From Cyanophora paradoxa CCMP329 (Eukaryota; Plantae; Glaucophyta), in assembly GCA_004431415.1 (NCBI GenBank), contig QPMI01000572.1, positions 186,001 through 250,000 on the forward strand: DNA of 64,000 nucleotides, read 5' to 3'. The position numbers were made by a program, and so were the translations under genes. The notes under the pieces are model-generated. The model had not been told where the DNA came from. It searched no databases and saw only the letters and a program-made list of their open reading frames with translations. Shown here one piece after another: positions 62,201 to 64,000 of the stretch; position 1 is the stretch's first letter, and each line of letters opens with the position of its first letter.

Positions 62201-63670
62201 TGGCGGACGCGGTTGCGGCAGAAGAGCTCTCGCGCCTGGGGCGGGATGTCCATCCCTGGGGCCCGCCCGCCCGCCTCTCAGCCGAGGAGGGCGAAGAAGG
62301 GGGGGCAGAGGGGGGCGGCGGCGGACCCGGGAAGGACATGCCGAGGTAGCGGGCCTTGCAGGGGCTCGTCGCCCGCACCGCCTCCGCGACCACCTCCCCG
62401 TCGTGCAGCGCGTCGAACCGGTACACCCTGGGGGGGGGGGAAGTCAGGGGGGGCAGTCGGGGGGTAGAGGGGTAGAGGTGTGGAGGGGGCGCGGACATGA
62501 CGCGGTCCATGCGGATGATGTCCGAGACCTCGTCGACGAAGCCCTGCGGGGGTACGCCGTCACGGGCGGGGTACGGGGGATGGGGGGGGGGGGGGCGGCG
62601 GGCCTGGCAGAGGGTCTCGAGGGTGCCGGCGGAGTGGACGCGGGCGGCGGCGCGCCCCGTCGCGATGTAGACGGCTCCCGTGTCGGCCTCCTACAGTGGA
62701 GGGGAGCGTCAGGAGGGGCGGGGCGGGGCGCGGAAGAGGGGCGGGCGGGCCTGGATGCGGTCCTTCTTCTCGAGCTCGATGACGATGCGGGCGACGGGGG
62801 CGCCCTCTACCAGCGGGCTCCCCAGCCACCCGCTCACCGTGACAGCCGCCGACGAGGCCGTCAGCCCGTGCCCAGGCTCCACGCCCACGCCCACGACAGA
62901 CGGCCGCCGCTGCTGCTGCTGCGCCGCCGCCTCCGCCACCTTGCGCGCCGACGAGGGCGGCACGTGCACTGCGCCCCGCGTGAGCGCCGCCCCGCCGGGG
63001 GCCCCGGGCGAGAGGGAGGGCGGGCGGGCGCACGGGCTCCGTTCCACTTGCGCTGCGCGCCGTTGGGGCCGCGCGTGAAGAACTTCATGGGCACCGTGTC
63101 CGACTCGGCGAGGTGCGAGGGGCGCGAGATCTTCGCGAAGACCGTATCGCGCACGTTCTGCACGGCGCGCCGGCCCGGGTCAGCCGGAGTCGCAAGAGCT
63201 CCGCGCGAATGCGGCGGGGGCGGGGGCGGGGGCGCGCGCACCCGGTAGCTCTCCGGGGCGAGGAGGTCAGCGAGGTCGCGACCCAGGCAGTCGCCGGGGG
63301 GCACGCCCAGCTCTTCCCCCACGTTCGCCGACACGTGCGTGACTGTCAGGTCCTCCCGGACCGCGATCAGCACGCCGTGCGGCTGTATGTGCCCGATCTG
63401 CCGCAGCAGGTAGGGGTCTGCGGCGCGGCGCGGCTGTGAGCGGCGCCGACGGAGGGGCACGCGGCGACTCCCGCGCGTCGCTCACCTCTGTCTCCTTCCG
63501 GGAGAGCTTCGATCCGTGCCTGCGCAAGCGAGGTCGGCTGGGGATGGATCGCGGAGGTCTCGTGCGCGGGTCGGCCTCACCTGTTCGGCCTCCAAACGCG
63601 CCCGCTTGCTGCGGGCGTTGCTCTCTTCGTCATGGGAGGAGCGTCGCCCCGCGCCCGAGTGCGGGAACAT
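56281..63670 (-). CDS. Phytochrome hybrid sensor kinase: PAS-GAF-PHY-PAS-HisKA-HATPase-REC-REC
   Basis: QIGHIQPHGVLIA; DRVM.YRF..HDGEVVAE; FPGMDIPPQARELF; LRGVSPCHRQYMKNM (bilin Cys at 62035-62037); LWGLVVCH; LTPRDSF (PRxSF tongue); PAS WNPKSEELF; FLATMSHE; QVLLNYLSNA-VKFT; VQDTG; GGTGLGLAICK; two receivers with FMDMEMP and FMDVQMP, each with TKP. Confidence 0.97.
56768..56812. repeat. Intronic (AAAGG)n/(AAAAG)n microsatellite
   Basis: Directly visible in a phytochrome intron. Confidence 0.9.
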
Positions 63671-64000
63671 GTTCGGCGGCGCCAGGGCGCGCGAGCTCCG
63701 GCACGCGTCGCTCGTGAACGCGTGCGGCCGCGGTGCCCTTCGCGCGTCCTCTACTCCGAGATCGCTGACTTCGCCAGAGTAAGCAATGAGCTTCAGCAGC
63801 CTAGAACGCGCGAGCGGATACGGGCTCGCTTCGCAAGCTTTGTGGCGCACCCTGACTGTTACAGTCGGGGCTCCTCTACTGCAACCAAGATGCGCCGCTG
63901 TCCGAAAGAAACCGGTGCTGATCGGCTGCGAAGGCGGTAAGGATGCTGCGGAGCTCCCACTCAGGATGTTTCGCCACTCAGACAGCGCATTCAGGCGTGT

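Noticed and set aside
56281-63670. Bacterial contamination or a bacteriophytochrome operon
   Set aside because: The gene has many spliceosomal introns in the same style as its neighbours and a GAF-located chromophore Cys.

Overview
This is eukaryotic nuclear DNA, very GC-rich, with multi-exon genes broken by many short (~60-150 nt) C-rich introns, a noticeable share of which use GC donors. Most ORFs in the supplied track are therefore exon-intron read-throughs. Genes recognised by manual splicing: a POT/PTR peptide transporter (-), a TIGR04168-type metallophosphoesterase with a probable plastid transit peptide (+), a disrupted AP2-domain gene carrying a ~3 kb coding 54-bp tandem array (-), a ~13.5 kb gene for a Kelch/Cys-repeat multi-TM membrane protein (-), two tandem copies of a secreted NHL-like beta-propeller gene (+), two hypothetical genes, CEP131 (-) head-to-head with vasohibin (+), and a PAS-GAF-PHY-PAS-HK-REC-REC phytochrome (-). 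Mobile DNA includes a complete non-autonomous CACTA element (7050-9846, TSD TCC), an 83-bp poly(A)-tailed retro-insertion with a 16-bp TSD, and a probable orphan transposon end. The gene set suggests a flagellated alga, most likely a glaucophyte (inference). I cannot establish a new multi-gene system. The best candidates for novelty are (i) the AP2/repeat locus, (ii) locally recurring short palindromes that differ between duplicated gene copies, (iii) the giant receptor-like protein, and (iv) unusual features of the phytochrome. Gene boundaries were read by eye and several 5' ends are approximate.
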